A stretch of 61,952 nt of DNA, filler included, from Sphacelaria rigidula (GCA_964200075.2; 8 parts of 8 records of this genome joined end to end with filler, not necessarily neighbours in it); one strand, 5' to 3'; positions 34,282 to 48,526 are shown, numbered from the whole stretch's first letter. The notes: generated by a model from the letters alone, not told the origin. Numbers and translations are program-made.

Positions 34282-35092
34282 GTGAGTGAGTCGCATCCAC
34301 GCTGCTCTCCCGGATCCTCACCTGTAGCGTGCGTCATGTATGGTAGGTAGCGGATTGTGAATGCGCCCGAGTGATTTTCCATCTCGGCTTATATCATTGC
34401 GTTGCCTGCACCACCGAAAGTTGTGTGACACGAACGGCCTTCTTACGGGGGTGCAACATCTTGTGTCTGGAAAAAACTCGATGTCTAGTCCAGTCCTGTA
34501 AATCAGTTGTCGTTTATGTTCTCAAGTATGGAAAGTGTTTGTTTCCTTCTGGCGACGCTATTCAGTCTACTCTGTCTTTGGCGAGGTTCGTCAGCTTGTA
34601 GCTGATGGCTGGGGGTCGTGAAGAGAGTCAGCTTTCGTTATCGGAACAGTTTTCTTTTTAGATATATCAAAGGATGCTTGTGGGCTCCGAGCATTGAAAA
34701 CGTTATGGCCGATAGCGGTCATATATTTTACGTCGTTCGAATCACATTCGAAAACGCGTAGAGGAAAAACGACGTACTGCACGACTCGTTGTTCGAAACT
34801 TTCATGAACGGAAAGGATGTGATCCGTGTTGCTCGCCAAGCGTGCAGATCATTTTTTCTCTCGTAATTTTATGGTTCAGGCGGTTCTACTCGTCGACTTT
34901 TCATTTTGACCCCCATGGTTTCAAAGGCAGACATCATCGGTTGTTGCGTATCATACATGTCATGGTACAGATGAACCCGTTTTTGCGTCATCATGTGATC
35001 GCTGCTGCGGATCCATTATTCCTTCAGCTCCTGACCCCCCCTCCTCTCCCCCTCTCCCGACATACGCCGTTCGTCCCCCTTTGCCTCGGCAG

Positions 35093-35224
35093 TTTTTGAC
35101 TATGAAGCGGCAGGTCAAGCACATGATCAAGCACAAATACGTGCCGTGGAACTGGGGAAAAGCCAAATACGCCAACGGGGGTGGGATAGGAGGGGGGAGT
35201 AAACGTTTCAAGGACAGTAAATAG
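35093..35224 (+). CDS. RER1: RER1 last coding exon
   Basis: After gcag| it reads FLTMKRQVKHMIKHKYVPWNWGKAKY...stop. Contains the Rer1 TMKRQxxHMIKxKYxP motif, in phase 0 with the previous exon. Confidence 0.95.
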   Translation, partial: FLTMKRQVKHMIKHKYVPWNWGKAKYANGGGIGGGSKRFKDSK

Positions 35225-38200
35225 AAGAGCCTACATCCGTGTTTGATGAGTCGATATATGCCTCTTCTGGTTTGGCAGCTTATGAAGAGAGGGTGGTTGA
35301 GGGAAAGAGAAGGGTGTCGAATGAACAAGTGGTGGGTTGTGCGCTTGATTATTACTCATGTCCTTTGATTCGAGAGGCCACCATCCGCTTACTTCTTGTA
35401 CCAGACTGTCTCTGCCCCTGTGATGTGTCGTCCTGTAGTTTGGCACGCGGCTTTTCGCCCCGAGAGCGGCAAGTCTGATTTCGTCTTTTTCGATGAGGAG
35501 TGTACTATTGTGAGGATACGTATGCTTGGATTAGTGAAGGGGGGGGGGGTGGAAGGGGCGTAATGCGGACATGATGACGAGGCGGGTGTAGGGTTAATTA
35601 GCTTATAACTACTGACCACTATTTTGTTTCATTTTTAACCTCGTTGGCGTCTGTCTCGTGTATGTCTTTCGGTCGATGGATTTTTGCTCTCTTCGGGACA
35701 TTATGCTTTTCTCACCGGTGCCGCAATTTCGCGATCGTCTCCTGTATCAACTCAATCTCTACTGTGGTGCCTTCGTAAATATCTATCAAACGTGCCCCCC
35801 CTCATTCTGTTTTTTAAAGACTCGATCCGACCCGAACTGTTGGTCCTAGACCCTAATAATTGGTGCAAAGTGCAAACACCAACACAATACGAAGCGTCGT
35901 GGCTTGTCAAACTGACGTCCAAATAACTTCGGACGCCTCCAAGACATCGAAGAACTCCATGAACCGCGCACACCACGGCTTGGAAGCTCATCTCTCAGTT
36001 CCAGCGCAACACCCCCGGTCCCCTTCCCTATCTTTTGCCTTAAATACACGTCCATATATATATTTTACATGACCAAAACCAAGATAGAAGCGATATCAAA
36101 GCTTCTCCGCAAGCAGCCACATCAGATGCAGAAGGGATCGTATGAACACAGATGAGAGATATCTTGTTCGACAAACTGCTTATTTCCTGTCATGAACATC
36201 CTTTTTACTGGGTTCGTTATTCACAGGCAACTCCAAAACTCGACCGCCGCACTGTTACATGTCCAAATCACTTCGACTTCCGACAGGGCGATAACACCTC
36301 GTACCGATCTCGTGAAACGGTCGCAATGGAACCAGTCAGACTGGGTGCCTCAGCTCTTTGGGATAGGTTGGCTATCTCTAGTGATGGAGACCGAGGCTCA
36401 GTCTAAACTCCACCCACAGCGATGCACGACCCTAACAAGAGCTCAGTTGCAAGCATGATTCCCCGCAGATGAGACACGTGTATCTTACGTACCTCAGACG
36501 CATATTTGATCTCTAACCAGTGAGCACGGATTGGTGATTCAAAGAACGGTTGTGTCTGCCTGTTGTTGGTATTGTTCCTTTTCAATAGAGCAGTGACCTC
36601 AGCTGGGTCGTCAAAGGGTGCATCGCATGTGACTACTATCTGTGCAAAGGAACACTTAAATAACAAATCACCTGCACCAGTGCTCAGATTTACTCGAAAC
36701 CTATGCACTAAAGGATCACACGAGATCAGCTAGTGACTAGTTGCGAACAACCCACGTACTGCTGTTGCGCTCAGGAAGGCAAACAGTTGTGGGATTGTAG
36801 GGGACTGGCGAACCGGTACGGTTTTCGCCGCGTGAAACGTTGGGCGAAATACTCCGCGATGCTCTGTGTATTTACCCGCGCTCCTGCTTCCTGCTCTGAC
36901 AATAACTGGGAGTAGTGATGTCGCACCCTCGCGCACATCGATGCTCATCCCTTACAGGACTAAGGGAGGTCGTGCCCAGGTTCGAACCGTCTTCTGGCGA
37001 TGGCGTTCGACGGGTGGATCGCGGCCACGCGCTACAAACGAAACGAGTGAGCGTGTTTGGGGAGCCACGATTCAGACTGCGAGAAACATGAATTCACGAT
37101 GATGAGATGAGCATCGATAGTTGAGTGTCTGAAGGTGATACCACATCCTCAGGCAGAGGGAACCAGCCACAGGTGCTTGGCGAGCACCCTGAACAACGAA
37201 ATGTGTTCTCAACGGACGGCACTCCACCTCGGTATTTGTGTTCCCGTGGTTGTCGAAATCCCGCGTCACGTATTAGACTATATACAGCGGCGCCGTTCAG
37301 GTGAAACCCCGACTGCCTCGTAATTTGTGGCCGCGACAGGTGGACGCTAGTGTGGGATCAACTGTGCGCTGTTGTGGTGTCTCGCTGTGTTGATGCCTGA
37401 CCGCTACGGTAAGCTGGTCAATGAATGGGTTAAACAAGGAACGAAAGAACAATTGCCAGCCAACTCCATCTGTGGATACTCCGGCCTTCGGTATGGCTCG
37501 GTGGCTGCATCGTGAAGTATTATATGTAACACGGGTAGACGTCCCCACACGAACATACGTGATCGTAATAATCAGGTTGACGAAGGCGGGTTGGATCAGA
37601 TTCCGCGCTTAATGCAGCGGCTCACCCCCTCCCAGGGGATGAAGGCGAACGGTCGCCACGCTGGCCGGCGACGGCCGAGAGAAGATGACTCGTGTTGGGA
37701 GGTGAGACAGATATGTGCCGCGGGGGAGAAGTAGAGCATGTACAGAGAGCACGCCAACCAAGTGAGGTGGGTCGCGGGCCGTGACTACATACATCGCCAC
37801 AGCAGTTGTCTCACATGGAGGAGCTACCGCACTGGTAGTTCTAACCTTTGGGTCGAAGAGGCAAACGGGCGGGAAATACCACATCCGGAAGGGCATGCGT
37901 TCGGCGATACACATCACATGTCATGCTGTTGGCGTATGACCTTCAACTCTCGAAGACCTGGAACTTACGAACAACCAAAATCGTGGAGCACCCAGCTGAT
38001 GTACATCAGCCCTTCCTCCCCGAGAAAGGGTACTATTTTGGTTGCATCGATTTTGTTACATCATTCTATATTTCGTCAAAAGTAGGCTCACCTCCCACAG
38101 ATGGGGGTAACTCAAAGTGAATTAAAATATCTTCGCGCGAAGCGCGATCATGGCCGAGCGTTTGAAAATCGCCACTGGGCAAAAATCGAGGACCCACCCG

Positions 38201-38685
38201 ACATCAAAGATTGAACTATCGAATGGGACATGTCCTGTACCACTGTGCTGCAGAACACACTCGTGCTCTGTCTTGAGTGCTGTAGCTGTCGCTGCGCTGT
38301 GGCGTCTTCAGGCCTTTGTGGAGACGGTTTGATCTCCGCTGGGAGTGCCTGAGTTGCTTTATATTGTCATTCCGTTCCTCTCTATGAAAAATAATGTTGT
38401 CGGCACGCAGTGCTCTCTACACATACACATCCTTGAAACGTCCATGGTGTGTTGGCTGTTTCATCTCGAGTCAAAGGAATAAGGCGCTCCCCAAACCCAT
38501 CATTTCTATGATGTAGTTCTCGCTGTGCTGTTGGGCATCTAAACACTCCACGGTTAGCACGAATCATTACGGGTTCGAATCACCAAATCCACGATTTCTT
38601 CGTCCTGATTGCCCAAAAAGGGAGAAAAAAGTTGACCGCTGGTCCAAGGGGTATCAACGCAACTTTTGCGCCATTCCACGTGTCT

Positions 38686-38785
38686 NNNNNNNNNNNNNNN
38701 NNNNNNNNNNNNNNNNNNNNNNNNNNNNNTTAATTAATTAANNNNNNNNNNNNNNNNNNNNNNNNNNNNNNNNNNNNNNNNNNNN
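38686..38785. other. Artificial scaffold linker
   Basis: N44-TTAATTAATTAA-N44. Confidence 0.99.
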
Positions 38786-40354
38786 GAGTACACCCCCGCC
38801 CCCTCTGTTCTGTCAACCAAGATCACGATGCCCCCCCCTCCCTCCCCCTTGAAAAAAAATAAACGAACATGACATAACGACGATGGCCAGGTGCCGGCGA
38901 TCAGCGCACTGCAGTGGCACCCGTTCACGATATCCTCCTGTCCGGAAGATCCAGAAACTACACATCACATCAAGGATATGGGCCCGGACACGTTCACGCA
39001 CAAACTCAGGTGCGGCTTCCATTTATACTGCAGTGCATACTCTCAATTATTCGCTATGTGTTAATCGCACTTTCACTCGACACACAGTAGATATAGTCTA
39101 CGTTTTGACGAGCATTTTTCCGTTCAGCGGGGGTCGTTGCACACAGCGCGGCCGACGGGTTGCCAAGCTCGCATGACCGCACTCTTGTGGGACCCCCCGA
39201 ATCGTGGGGGTGTAGGAGTAGTGGTATGGTGGAATTCCTCGATGATAGTATAGCGGATCGGACCTGTGACGGGCAATGTTAATTTGACCGCACTATGGTG
39301 GGATCACCGGTGTAGCTGGAAGACACTATACCAACTAACACAGGTACTGTGCAGCCCATCGACGCTAAGAGATGGCGGTACAACCCATCAACCCGAATAG
39401 CTTGTTGGAAACACTCTCGTTTTTGTCATACCGTACTGGTCATCTCCCAGCTTCTTCGGGACGAGTCCGTGGTCGAGAAGAATCAACGCATATCTCTCCC
39501 GGAACTCGCCCTACCATTTGTCATCGCGGGTTGGATAATGACCAACACTCTAGCACCGATCGACGCTCGCCACATGAACTTCGTTCCCCACGCTCGACCC
39601 CATGTTTTGAAGGACGGCAGTGAGGCACGTTTCATGAATAAACTCGAATGCACTGCCGAAAATCAAACCCGCGATCATCTTACCTACAATAGTGGAATTT
39701 AGTCGTATTTTACCGTCAGACCATCGGAGCGCGGCAATTGCAGTCGTTTAAACTGCCGCAGTGCCTGGTACGCTAAGGTAGTAATACCTTTGTAGAGGAA
39801 GGTGATATCGTTCATTGACCTGCCTGTAAGGAAGCGATAACGTTCACTTTCTACTGGGGTGACGATGGAACTGCTGCAATCCCCAAACGCTCCCGAACGG
39901 ATAGAACTACCAGAGCACAACAACACATGGACCTCATCTCGCGGATGAACAGCAGGGTTTCGTTTGCTTTTTCCGGCGGAATCGAAATGATACACGGCAG
40001 AGTAGCAGTAGGAGCATCGAAAACTCGAATCGCCACAGATAACGGAATGCTACAGAACGGCAGTGGCCTCCTGTCTGGATAAAGACGAAAACATCTGTTA
40101 TCCGCTTCACAGGAATCAAAACGTCCCCAGACGTTAAACTTCAAATTTCAGTCACTGCGTATCACACCCACGATACTGCACCGCAGTGCTCACTCAAAAG
40201 TTGCTCCAGCGGTCAGTCTTTGGGGTACTCGATGCTCCGGTAACCAAGTCAACCAAAATGATACTCACTGTCTGTTTGTCAGACCCCTAGTCCATGAGGA
40301 AGGGCTTGGCCGTGGGGCGCAACAACAACCCCCCTGACCCCACCCCCATCCCGT

Positions 40355-40669
40355 ATGGTGAGACACACATGGGGCAGTATGTAACCCGTGGCTGGCTGGA
40401 AGTGGCAACGCCAGGAAATGAAGCATATCATTCGAGGGTATCGTCCACATACAAGATAATCATTACGCGTCGGGCCGAACAATCTCTGCAGGATGCAGTC
40501 TCCCCCTCATGCGTCTCGCCGATCACATCCCGGTGCTTCCCGCTGGGTTACTGATTGTGAGCGTGGTCCGGCGGAAACCCGAGGTGCTCCGTCCCGGCTT
40601 TGTAGAAATGCAAGGTTCATGGTCTTCTGACTACGGTATGCGATATAATGAATATCCCCCCCCCCCCCA
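40355..40669 (+). mobile_element. C-tailed retroposon, subfamily A
   Basis: Colinear with the other copies and ends in a run of about 13 C. Confidence 0.8.
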
Positions 40670-40680
40670 CTCTATCGTTC

Positions 40681-40748
40681 TCCGTCTCGAAAGGGATGCG
40701 TGGTCAATGGTCAAACGACTCAGGCAAGCAACGAATGAGTACGCCCCC
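40681..40748 (+). mobile_element. C-tailed retroposon, subfamily B, with 11-bp TSD
   Basis: Flanked by CTCTATCGTTC at 40670-40680 and 40749-40759. Confidence 0.88.
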
Positions 40749-40943
40749 CTCTATCGTTCCCCACCTTTTTTTCTTGTATTTTCAGGATGCTGGCCACGTT
40801 TGGGCGTGATCTCCAGGTTAATGTTGACGGGCCCTACGGCGTACCCGTCGAGGTAAGGGCGGTGACGGTAGCACGTATATGTATACTTACAGACTGTCAT
40901 TATCCACTGTGTAGTAAACCCTGAGTGTTGTCCCTACTGCTTA

Positions 40944-41257
40944 GACCCACTTTTATGGCAACGTTGACTTTTGGTTCACCACACTTCTGTCCAAATCGGG
41001 ACACTCCCGCACCTCCCCAGATTTTTTTGAAAAATCGGGGGAGATGCGGGAGTGTCCCGATTTCAGCAGATCGGTGATGTATCGAAAGTCAACACCCATA
41101 GAATCGGAGAATTGATCTGGTTTGCTCACAGCTAGCCGAAAATCATTGCCCAACGGACTAGGGTCCTAAGGATCAATCGATGGGAGAAAATCGCCTGTAG
41201 ACGGGCTGAAACCCTCATATTTGTACAAATCGAGATTCGTTGCCCTAAAAGTGGGTC
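40944..41257. mobile_element. Fold-back MITE related to 16641-17225, left arm internally deleted
   Basis: TIRs GACCCACTTTTATGGCAACG and CGTTGCCCTAAAAGTGGGTC. Central CGGGACACTCCCGC/GCGGGAGTGTCCCG hairpin. Left flank TTA. Confidence 0.82.
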
Positions 41258-41994
41258 TTTCAGGTCCAGTGCATGATTTAGTAGCTGGCAGGTTTGTAGT
41301 TGATGAAATATAGTCCGGTGGTTTCACTGTAGATCAGCAAAATGTTTCTAGAGGATGCTCAAAGCTGTTTTTTTTTACAGGCAAGCGAGGGGTCAATGAA
41401 ATGATGCTACATAGTCCAAGCAAGCATGGGGTCCGCACGGCAGCACCCAATCGCACGCTGGAATGACAGCGCCAGTAGTGTGAGATTTTCAGATGGAGGA
41501 GCAAACATATCGGGAAAGAAAACTCCAATACGTCGTTCTTTTTATTTTTATCGCGTTCCGCCCCTTTCGTTTTCGTAAGATGGCGTTACTGTCGGTTATT
41601 TTCCAGACGACGGAGTTTTGATCCCCGAGCGTACATACCCACCGCAATGGTAATTCAACCCTGCCCCCCCCCCCCCCCTTTTCACGGCACCAATGGTGTG
41701 TCCCCGCCCCCCAACACACCCCTTACCGCGCGGTAAGAGAAAAAANNNNNNNNNNGTTTTTTTCCCGCCAACGGGGTTTTGCCCCCCGAGGGTACCTCCC
41801 CCCCGAAAGGGAAATGCACCCCTGCCCCCCCCCCCCCCCATTTTAAGGGCTAGCATCGGTTGGCAACGACGCTGAAAAACACGCTATTCGCGGCTGAAGC
41901 TAGAAAACCAGGTTATCGCCCGTTTCTAGTTTGCGTTGTTTTACCGTAACCATGATTGGTGGTCAGAGCTAGATCTTATGGTGCGGGGTGAGAG

Positions 41995-42361
41995 AAGCTC
42001 AATTCCGCGCCAAGCGAGTGATCGTACTACGCAGTGTTTGATAGGTGAGACACATATGACTTACGTGTAACTTGTGGCTGCCTCTGGAAGTGGCGATACC
42101 AGGAAACGAAGCATTTCACTCGAGGGTTTCATTTATATGCAAGAAACTTGGTACGCTCCGGGCCGAACAAGCGTAGCGGAATGTGTCTCAACCCTCATGC
42201 GACTCGCCGAACACATCACGGTGCTTCGCCCCTGATGATAGCGAGCCTGGTCCGGCGAAAACCCGGCGTGCTCCGTCCCGGCTTTGTAGAGATGCGATGT
42301 CAGTGGTCTCATGACTACAGCATACAAGATCACGAGTACATCCGTTTCCCTACTCCCCCCC
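41995..42361 (+). mobile_element. C-tailed retroposon, subfamily A (long copy)
   Basis: Colinear with 10385-10742. Confidence 0.8.
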
Positions 42362-45300
42362 TCGTTTCCCGCGTCGTCGCTCCCGCGTCGCTGCGCCGCC
42401 GCTGCCCCGCCAGTACAACCGATATCGCCTGCTGGTTATGGTTGCGGGCGGGATCGGAGTGACCCCGTGTATGTCTCTGCTGAGGCATCTGAATCTTGTG
42501 GCACGGGCGGGGGGACTGACAGAATGTCTAGACGCTGGTGTGCGCTTGGTGAGCGATGCCAAGATGATCAGTCTTACGTACCAGTACCTGTTTGTCCAAG
42601 TTTGTTTTTGTTCCTAAACTGGGGGTTGTGTGTCGTGAATATTGCTTGATCTTATCCGTTCACATATTTATACATATACCTGATGACGATGAGTAGACCG
42701 CACATCATTTCCTCAGTTCTAGTTTTGAACCGACGATGCGGTGTAAAGTTTTCAATTTTGTCCGAGCCAGGCGCTAACTGTTCGAGGTATAATTTTGTGT
42801 CGATATAATGTCGATGTGCATATGGGGAGATCGAGGTATATATGCGGATATTATCACGACGTCTGTAGTCAAACACGGTATGAATAGGGTACACTCATGC
42901 TCCCGAATGGACTATACGAGCTGCCGAGGAAGGAGTGTCTTCGGATTCTCCTGGTGATGGTCACCGTACGTCGCTGTCCTGACACCGGCGGTACTGTGTT
43001 GGAATCCAGGCGGGGGTCACTTCCTCTCGTGCATTTTGGGCAAAATAGTGGTGAAACAAGAGTTTCGATCAACCAGCATGCGTTTTTCGTCCTTGCAATG
43101 TTGGGCTCTCTATGGGTGACACAAAGAGTTGTCTGGAACCACAAGATCCGAAAGTAGCTCAAGGCAGAGACGAACCCTTTTGGATATGTCTTTCCCACTG
43201 CCCTGTGGGTGTGGACTTTGCCGTGACGCCTATGTCTCCTTGTCGATGGTTGATGTTGTGAAATCTCTGATACGCCCCTCGATATATTGTACGTGCGCGG
43301 TCCACGTGTATTGGCTCCGGCAAGATGTAGCGCTACAATTTTTCATCTTTTGTGCCTTGAGGCACCAGGCGAAGGTGCTAACCCGAGTTTGTACTCGAAT
43401 CATCGTCCATCTGAGCGATGCTCGAAGTCGTCAAGGGTCAACCTCCCTAGGATATGGGTGCCTCGAAGTGCCCTGTGTTTCACAGCACTCGGGGTATCAG
43501 CACGCCCTGAAATGGGCTCGATTCTGTGTTTGGGAAGAATCGATGTTTTGTGCAGGAGATTTTCCCGCATGTTTATGGTGGTCGCAGTTTCTAGAAACCG
43601 CTTGAGAACACATTGACCTGCACGGTTGGATGGGTGGTGAGTCAAGTGGGGCGGTTCGGTGTGTGGGAGAAGCAGTAAGTTACAAGGGCGACTGCATCTA
43701 CCGTGCAGTGACAATTACGGTGTGTGTATTCGTATTGAAGTCGAGGTTTGTGAGATCCGGGACACGGATGTGGTGTGACTACAGTATCAGTTGATGACAG
43801 CATCGCGAATCGTTGTTGTTTGAGTTTTTTTCCCGCCCACCCCTCCCGTTGACGTTTCATCGGATTATATTGTGCTTGGCGTTTTATCGGAATTGATTGT
43901 GTTCGACGTTTTATCGGATTGTGTTCGCGGCGTATGACGCCACTGCCGAGGGTTTGTTTCCTGAAAATCGTGTTTTTACTCAGAGAGGGAGAGAGAGGCT
44001 TTACCGAGTGCTGGGCTTTCCCGCGGTAATATTGAAAGTGTGATATTGTCATTTCTGACCACCCGCCTGATGCTTTCAACGAAGGTAGTGGCGCGGACAA
44101 GAGTGCTCGATGGCAGGGTCTAGCCGGCGTGTGCTATGTACGTGATGGAACCGGCGTTCCCTGTGATGGGGTGTCCGTTCATTATTGTTTGAACGGACCC
44201 GGAGGGAATCGTGAGCACGAGATCGTGAGGGAGGTCATTCCGACTTTTAGAGTTGCAGGCGCGTTCCCGTCGGTTGGCACGCGTACTGTAACGGAGCCAG
44301 CCGTGGGCCGACGGAACCGTTGTACCACCAGCGTTTCATGCCGGCAGACGCCGTGCTGTTATACTCGTAGTGGCTTCAAGTTTTAGTGTGTGTGGGTACG
44401 TATTTACCCTGTACACGCGTTTGGGGTTCTTGTCGGTAGGACGTTGGCCACGCGGCGTGGGTACACCAAAAGGTGGGCGGACACGCTGGCTGGTGGACAG
44501 AACAGTATTGATGCTATGTTAGTCAGTCAATAGCTGAGGCAGTTGCGACTACGTTCAGCGCGATCTCCAGGTGGAAGGGGAGCCAACCGCCGGATATGTA
44601 GGAAGTCACACAGTTTTCGAACGGGCGATTCATGAGGTTTTCCCTCCCTCCTCCCCCCTCCCCCCAAGCTGGGTTGGCGGCGGGAGTGCATGATGTGACG
44701 AAATTCGAAGGCGACTGCTAAAAAGTCTACTTAGTAGTCTACCCCACCCGAATCAACTCTGCAAGTTTTTTTGAACATGCCATTTCGATGCACAACTTCT
44801 GTTTTTTGCTTGTATCGTTTGATTTGCTCAGATGCACACGCAGAAGGTATATGGACAACTCATTTTCCTTTCTCGATTTTTTTTTTTTTCGAATATCGCG
44901 CAACACACACAAACACTGATTTTTTTAGAGACTCTTTTCCTTCCTTCCGTACTTCCTCTCCCTTGTTTTTCTTCTTCTCCCGAAAAAACACATACATATA
45001 AATACCAACGACGACGATTACAACTACGAAGATTTGGACAACTCGTTCGATGGAAGAAATGGTGATGATGGAGCGAGAGTTACAAGACGTGGCAGGCGAA
45101 GAAGTGGGTGGAAGAGGAAGGTTTTCGGTGCATCTGCACCTCACCTCCAGGGTAAGAGGAAACGCAGAACGAGAGAGAGAATTCTCCTGTAAAAATTCGG
45201 AAGAGGTGATATATGTATAATTATATTACGGTGAAAACATAATGGGGACGTAAGAAGGAGGAACGGTGCACATGCACTTCACCTCCAGAGTGAGAGGCAA

Positions 45301-46313
45301 AATATTTTGATGAAAGTTTCTTGTTTATCAAGGCTGGAAACACGAAAACATGGAAATCAGAAAATGAAAAAAGGTTGAAAATAGGAGGAGCACGGAGGGG
45401 GAGAGAAGGAGAGGAAGAGAAGGCAGCCGTACTTACTCGTCAACAAAGCAAAACCAATGACAGGGCGGGCCAGGAGGAACACGAGAACTCATGCTGGATG
45501 GCTCTAGGGAGTCACTGCAGTAAAGAGGGAAATTTGCTGTACCCGCTTTATACGCTTCCTTTTTTTGACCCTCTGATGGCGACTCAGTGTATTTGAGTCC
45601 ATGTACACCAATGGATCACTTTATGTAATGAGTTTTGTGTACCGCTGCGCCTATAGTAGATATATCCCAAGCTCCCAGTGGTCAAAGGGTCACCCAAGAG
45701 TCGGATCAATTTTGAATACACGATTCAATCACTCCAGTAGCGGTGTAAGATCCCGAAGTAGTCGCTGTCGAGTTGGGATGACCGACCTATACCCGAACAT
45801 GGCGGTCCATAATGTCCTCCATTCTAGGCATAGTCATGTTCCATCGTCACGAGTGTTACAATGGGATTTGGATCAGGGTCAGGGCGAGTCGTTGTGGTCT
45901 ATTTGGCAGCACTGACTTGTAGTTCTTCCGACTCGATTTCGGATGAAAGCATGACCCTCATCTCAGTCCTAGCGCTATCTAGAACATGTACCCACCCCCT
46001 ACTGTCACCCCTCGTTGGAGTCTTCCTTTGTTGAATTAGAGTGATCTTCCGAACGGCGTTACTTCCTGACGGCCCAGGTGGATGTGTCTCGTCGGCACGG
46101 CACGTACAGCGCGATAGTTTGGAGGATGACTTGTAGGATCCAAGAAGCCCATACTACAACAGTACATACCGAAGGCGGCAGGTTGATTTATCAGAATATT
46201 GACATCCCCCCCAGCCCTAGTATAAGTCTTGTGAGTAGACGGCAAAGAAAAGTCGACGAGGGTATACGCGGCGCGGAAGTCGGTAATGTGATCCAATTCG
46301 AGGTACCACAGCC

Positions 46314-46442
46314 GCCGCACCCCGGTGGTGTAATGGTCCGACTGTCACCATTAGGGTGGAGGGAACGGGGGTTCGATTCCCGATGCGTTGGGTTTTTCTT
46401 CGTAATGTGTGATTTACACCGTGGAAAGCGTGAGAACGTGAG
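46314..46442 (+). mobile_element. tRNA-derived SINE head (family 1) with Pol III A and B boxes
   Basis: A-box TGGTGTAATGG (46326-46336) and B-box GGTTCGATTCC (46370-46380). No canonical anticodon arm. A second copy lies at about 4580. Confidence 0.72.
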
Positions 46443-46542
46443 NNNNNNNNNNNNNNNNNNNNNNNNNNNNNNNNNNNNNNNNNNNNTTAATTAATTAANN
46501 NNNNNNNNNNNNNNNNNNNNNNNNNNNNNNNNNNNNNNNNNN
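46443..46542. other. Artificial scaffold linker
   Basis: N44-TTAATTAATTAA-N44. Confidence 0.99.
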
Positions 46543-46731
46543 TTTAGATGCCACCCAACAATGAGTTGCGTTTTTTGCTGTTAGCGCCACTTCCAGAGAC
46601 AGCCATGGCTTTTACACTGCCTCATGGGCGTCTACCCAGGGGGGAGGGTAAATGAAATAAACGGCTAGACGGATTCCACAACATGCGAGATTCCGCGAGG
46701 TGTACTGATTCCCATCATCATACGTATTATT

Positions 46732-46892
46732 CACACCCTAGAAAATATATGGTCAATAGATAAGAAGTGTACTGGGTAAAGTATAGGCCTATTGCAACTA
46801 CTGTCTGTCGTCAATAGTTGCAATGGGACTATACTATACCCAGGACACTCCTCATCTATCGCATCTATAGACCATATATTGTCCAGGGTGTG
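46732..46892. mobile_element. Palindromic MITE with 8-bp TSD
   Basis: TIRs CACACCCTAGAAAATATATGGTC and GACCATATATTGTCCAGGGTGTG. Flanks GTATTATT and GTATTACT. Confidence 0.85.
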
Positions 46893-47351
46893 GTATTACT
46901 ACACAACACGAGAAACCTCAGTTACAACAATCATCAAATTCCTAGAGTACCTGAGTCATTCGCGACCAGGGTAGCTGCCGTTCTAGAGAGGCGAAACACA
47001 ACAAACAAAAAGTGGGAAAAGCTGAGTGGGCATGACGTACCAGCAAGGACTCAAGGACAGACTACCTCCGCCGTTATTTGCATTAGGTGGTCACTTAAAC
47101 AGTCGAACGCAAAAGTGTTTCATCACCCCCACCCACATCACGTACGTACACGAGTACAGCCAGCCCCGACGAGCAAGCAAAACTTTGCACGGCCTGAGCT
47201 GTTTCATTTAACATAAAATGAATCACCCTGGCTACTACTCAGCAGTGTCCGGAGTGAACCCCTTGACTCCGACGAAAACGAGTTTTATGAAATGATTTTT
47301 TTGTCCAATTCAGAATATAGAAAAAATTAGAATCAATACTGTAACGATGTT

Positions 47352-47425
47352 TGTTTCCACAGTGGTTGCTTTCTTCTGTTTCCACAGTGGTTGCTTCTCT
47401 TATGTTTCCACAGTGGTTGCTTTTC
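47352..47425. repeat. Minisatellite, 3 x 25-26 bp
   Basis: TGTTTCCACAGTGGTTGCT at 47352, 47377 and 47403. Confidence 0.9.
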
Positions 47426-47493
47426 TTCTTTCCTTTTTTTCTTCTTCATACACAGCACATGCCTTATTTTCGTCTTTCATCTCTCCTGGTCAC

Positions 47494-47628
47494 CTTTGTA
47501 GGCAATTTCTCTCCCTTCGGGCTGTTGCTTGCCCCCACTGCCTCCATCTCTCGTCGCTCTCTGACCGACAGTATCGTAGACAACTCGTACAGGGAGAAAA
47601 TAGCCACACCCGCTCCCGTTACCATCGT
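47494..47628 (-). CDS. TLC/NTT nucleotide transporter, next downstream exon
   Basis: After aatag| it reads TMVTGAGVAIFSLYELSTILSVRERREMEAVGASNSPKGEKLPTK, ending |gtgac. Phase 0-0. It completes the TM helix begun in exon 49844-50050 and enters the charged central loop. Confidence 0.7.
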
Positions 47629-48059
47629 CTATTGCAAGCATGCGGTAGAAAGGCGGAAGTAGTGCAACAGTGACAAAAGGACCGAGCGCGGGATGAGGGA
47701 GGGGAGGAGGAGAAGCGGGGAGACTGCGAGCGTGCTCGGGGAGGTTATGAGCACATTCGGGTGAATTGTCATCATTTCATATGTTGGGGTGAGTTGTGAT
47801 AATCTGCGGGAAAATTTTGGGGATAGGCAGGTTGGCCAGGAGCAAATGCGGGTCCGCTATGAGTAAGTGAGGGTATTCATCGTGAGATGGGGGGTCGGAA
47901 ACATCCAAGGTCAAGCTCTGGAATGCAGAAAAAGCTGCTCGTGTATACGTTGGCGAAAATGGGGCAGAAGAGTATGGAACAACGAACGAGAGGGGAACAA
48001 ATTGAGGGAGGGGGGGGGGGAATCAGATATACGCATGCTAATTATGCCGAATCTCTTGT

Positions 48060-48133
48060 TTCACTTTCGTTTTTCTTGGGTACGTCTATTATGAGACCAC
48101 GGCTGGACCCCTGGGGGGACAGTTCAAGTGCGA

Positions 48134-48168
<35 letters not shown>

Positions 48169-48171
48169 CCA
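48060..48171 (+). mobile_element. (ATCA)n-tailed retroposon 3' end
   Basis: GAGACCACGGCTGGACCCCTGGGGGGACAGTTCAAGTGCGAC followed by (AATC)n. Confidence 0.85.
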
Positions 48172-48526
48172 GATAAATGGCTTGTTTTGTTCTGCACAGC
48201 GGCAGCAAAAGACGAAGAATATAATGCTTTTCCCAGCAGCAACATCTGCACCAAACAGAACGTGTGCTGACTTGAAAAAAAAAAAAAGCAAAAACACGAT
48301 ATGTACCAGAAAAACGATACAATACTTGTACAACAAACAAGCCAAACTACACATGTACACACGCACACACACTAAAGTGACATCGCGGTACTGCAGGTGT
48401 AGTTGCTGCAGTTATCTTTACAGTAAAAAAACGTTCAGATCTCTGCCCAGTATCTTCCAATGTCGGTAATGTTAAATTTAAGTGGTGAGGGGATGGATGC
48501 TTGCCGCGGTCACAGGTTCACTAACT

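Noticed and set aside
39400..40000. Possible Ulp1-like protease relic (YHFDS and MND motifs)
   Set aside because: The motifs are too short and in the wrong order, and no catalytic His or Cys context is visible.
42233..42270. Hammerhead-like CTGATGA...GAAA in a retroposon copy
   Set aside because: No closing pair for stem II, and CTGATGA is not conserved in the other copies.
46314..46392. Functional tRNA gene
   Set aside because: A and B boxes are present but there is no proper cloverleaf or anticodon stem, and a second decayed copy indicates a SINE.
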